A stretch of 63,669 nucleotides of DNA, the filler included, from Basidiobolus ranarum (Eukaryota), in assembly GCA_040143965.1 (NCBI GenBank). It is 22 parts of 22 records of this genome, joined end to end, with 100 filler letters (N's around TTAATTAATTAA, not from the genome) between each part and the next. Parts side by side here need not be neighbours in the genome. Positions count along the whole stretch, not along the records: positions 60,886 to 63,669 come from JASJQH010002982.1; 21 more parts are not named here. One strand, written 5' to 3'. The translations under genes and the position numbers were made by a program. Positions 62,352 to 63,669 of the stretch are shown here, in pieces (the first letter of the stretch is position 1; the number at the start of each line of letters is the position of its first letter). Below the pieces are notes generated by a model. It saw only the letters and a list, made by a program, of their open reading frames with translations, made no database searches and had not been told where the DNA came from.

Positions 62352-63669
62352 TGTTGAAGTTTATTGTCTTTATCATCTTTGTTAACTCTATCTTCACACG
62401 CCTAACTATTTCATCGATCACATGTAAGTTAGTTAACATTACTTAGTCATATATTACTTAACTGAAAATTGGAACCTATATTATATATATATGTGAATAA
62501 TGTGAAAATTAGCAATTCCATATAGGAAATTTCAAACTCATCCAAATTGTCCCAAAAATATCTCATTTTACTCCCACAGATGTTTTGAACACAAACCCAG
62601 TGGTAGTTTTGTGTAGTTCCATCAAAATGTATAAATGCTTTAATTCTGGACAATAAATGATTATCTCACCAAGCTATTCACAACATCTACTTTTCAAAAG
62701 TTCCTCCAAATAGCCCACATTTTCCTAATAGGCTGTGAGCCCTGTGTTTGACCTTTAGAACATGACAGTAACCATCACTACCACTTTTATTAACTCAAGT
62801 GTTGAAAAGCTTGATGGAGAAAATTACAATTTCTGGAAGTTCAAGATGCAAATTGTGCCAGAAGAGAGGGAGCTTTGGGATGTAGTCTCGGGAGATGCAA
62901 AGGAACCTTCTGACCCTCCTCTATTGGAAGCTTACAAGAAAAGAGACAACAAGGCCTTTAAGGTTGTAAAAGCAAACCAGGTTTCAAACAAAGAGGAACT
63001 TTTATTCATTTCTGCCCTATCACTGACCTCCAAACAAGATTCTAGGTTGTGGTGTATTGACTCTGGAGCCTCTTAACATATCTCTAATCAAAAAAACTGG
63101 TTTAAGACACTCAAAACTGACATAAACAAGATGGTTTATATGGGATATGACTGTATACTGTACAATCCAGGATCAAGAAAAACAACTGAAAATTGATGAA
63201 AGTTCTTGTTTCTCTCACCAGATCTTGATCAGTGAGAAAAACATCAAAAATTCTTCACCTGCAGTCTCCTGAACCAAGCCTAAGATGGTTTCATTGCTTA
63301 AATTGGTACCAGAGGTTGCAGAGCCAATTTCCCATTTTAGGAGATTCAATTGGATGTGATCTCCACCTGATTGCTACTCTCACACTGGCCAAAAGGAGCC
63401 TGGTGCTAATTTAGCCTTTTCTGATGAACTCAAATTGGTACAGGAGGCTATGGAGAATCCCAACACAAACTTTGGAATGCTGTAATGGCAGAGGAGTATT
63501 AGTCATTTATACATAACCAAACTTGGACTTTGGTGAAGTTACCTGATGACAAACAATCAATTGGATGCAAATGGGTATTTAAAGTTAAACAACAAGCTGA
63601 TGGATCTGTAGAGAGATAAAAAGCCAGATTTGTGGCTAATGGATACTCTCAAATGGAAGGAGTGGACTA
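62352..63669 (+). mobile_element. Nested Ty1/copia family D: LTR (62352-62730), PBS, internally deleted gag-protease, RT start
   Basis: PBS GGCTGTGAGCCC at 62731. ORF 62762-63076 jumps from gag N-terminus to WCIDSGAS. RT start IGCKWVFKVK near 63560. Confidence 0.88.

Overview
This window is not contiguous DNA. It is 22 small contigs (2811 down to 2784 bp, sorted by length) joined by an artificial 100-bp linker (N44-TTAATTAATTAA-N44), so nothing can be inferred across linkers. The content fits a repeat-rich eukaryote, most likely an early-diverging fungus (inference from gene families and transposon types). Most contigs are nested, decayed transposons: several Ty1/copia LTR families, CACTA/EnSpm-type transposase relics, a chromovirus 3' end and a Harbinger/ISL2EU-type relic. 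These regions are almost devoid of CpG. Host genes, often cut by contig ends, include ATP-dependent PEPCK, a mitochondrial carrier, two sugar porters (one truncated), a Sel1-repeat protein, a frameshifted MYND/ZMYND15-like gene, a DUF5923-like protein, a Pex24p-family peroxin, a Myb C-terminus and a small orphan ORF. The standout is a very AT-rich, intronless, pseudogenised MutS (18207-20065). Its motifs resemble giant-virus (NCLDV) MutS7, and it is joined on the same contig to host transposon DNA, making it a candidate endogenised giant-virus fragment. Other notable items are copia primer-binding sites complementary to the anticodon arm of initiator tRNA (half-tRNA priming) and a CpG-decayed tRNA-like element that may be a SINE head. 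I found no intact novel multi-gene system. All family calls come from motif recognition by eye, not database searches.
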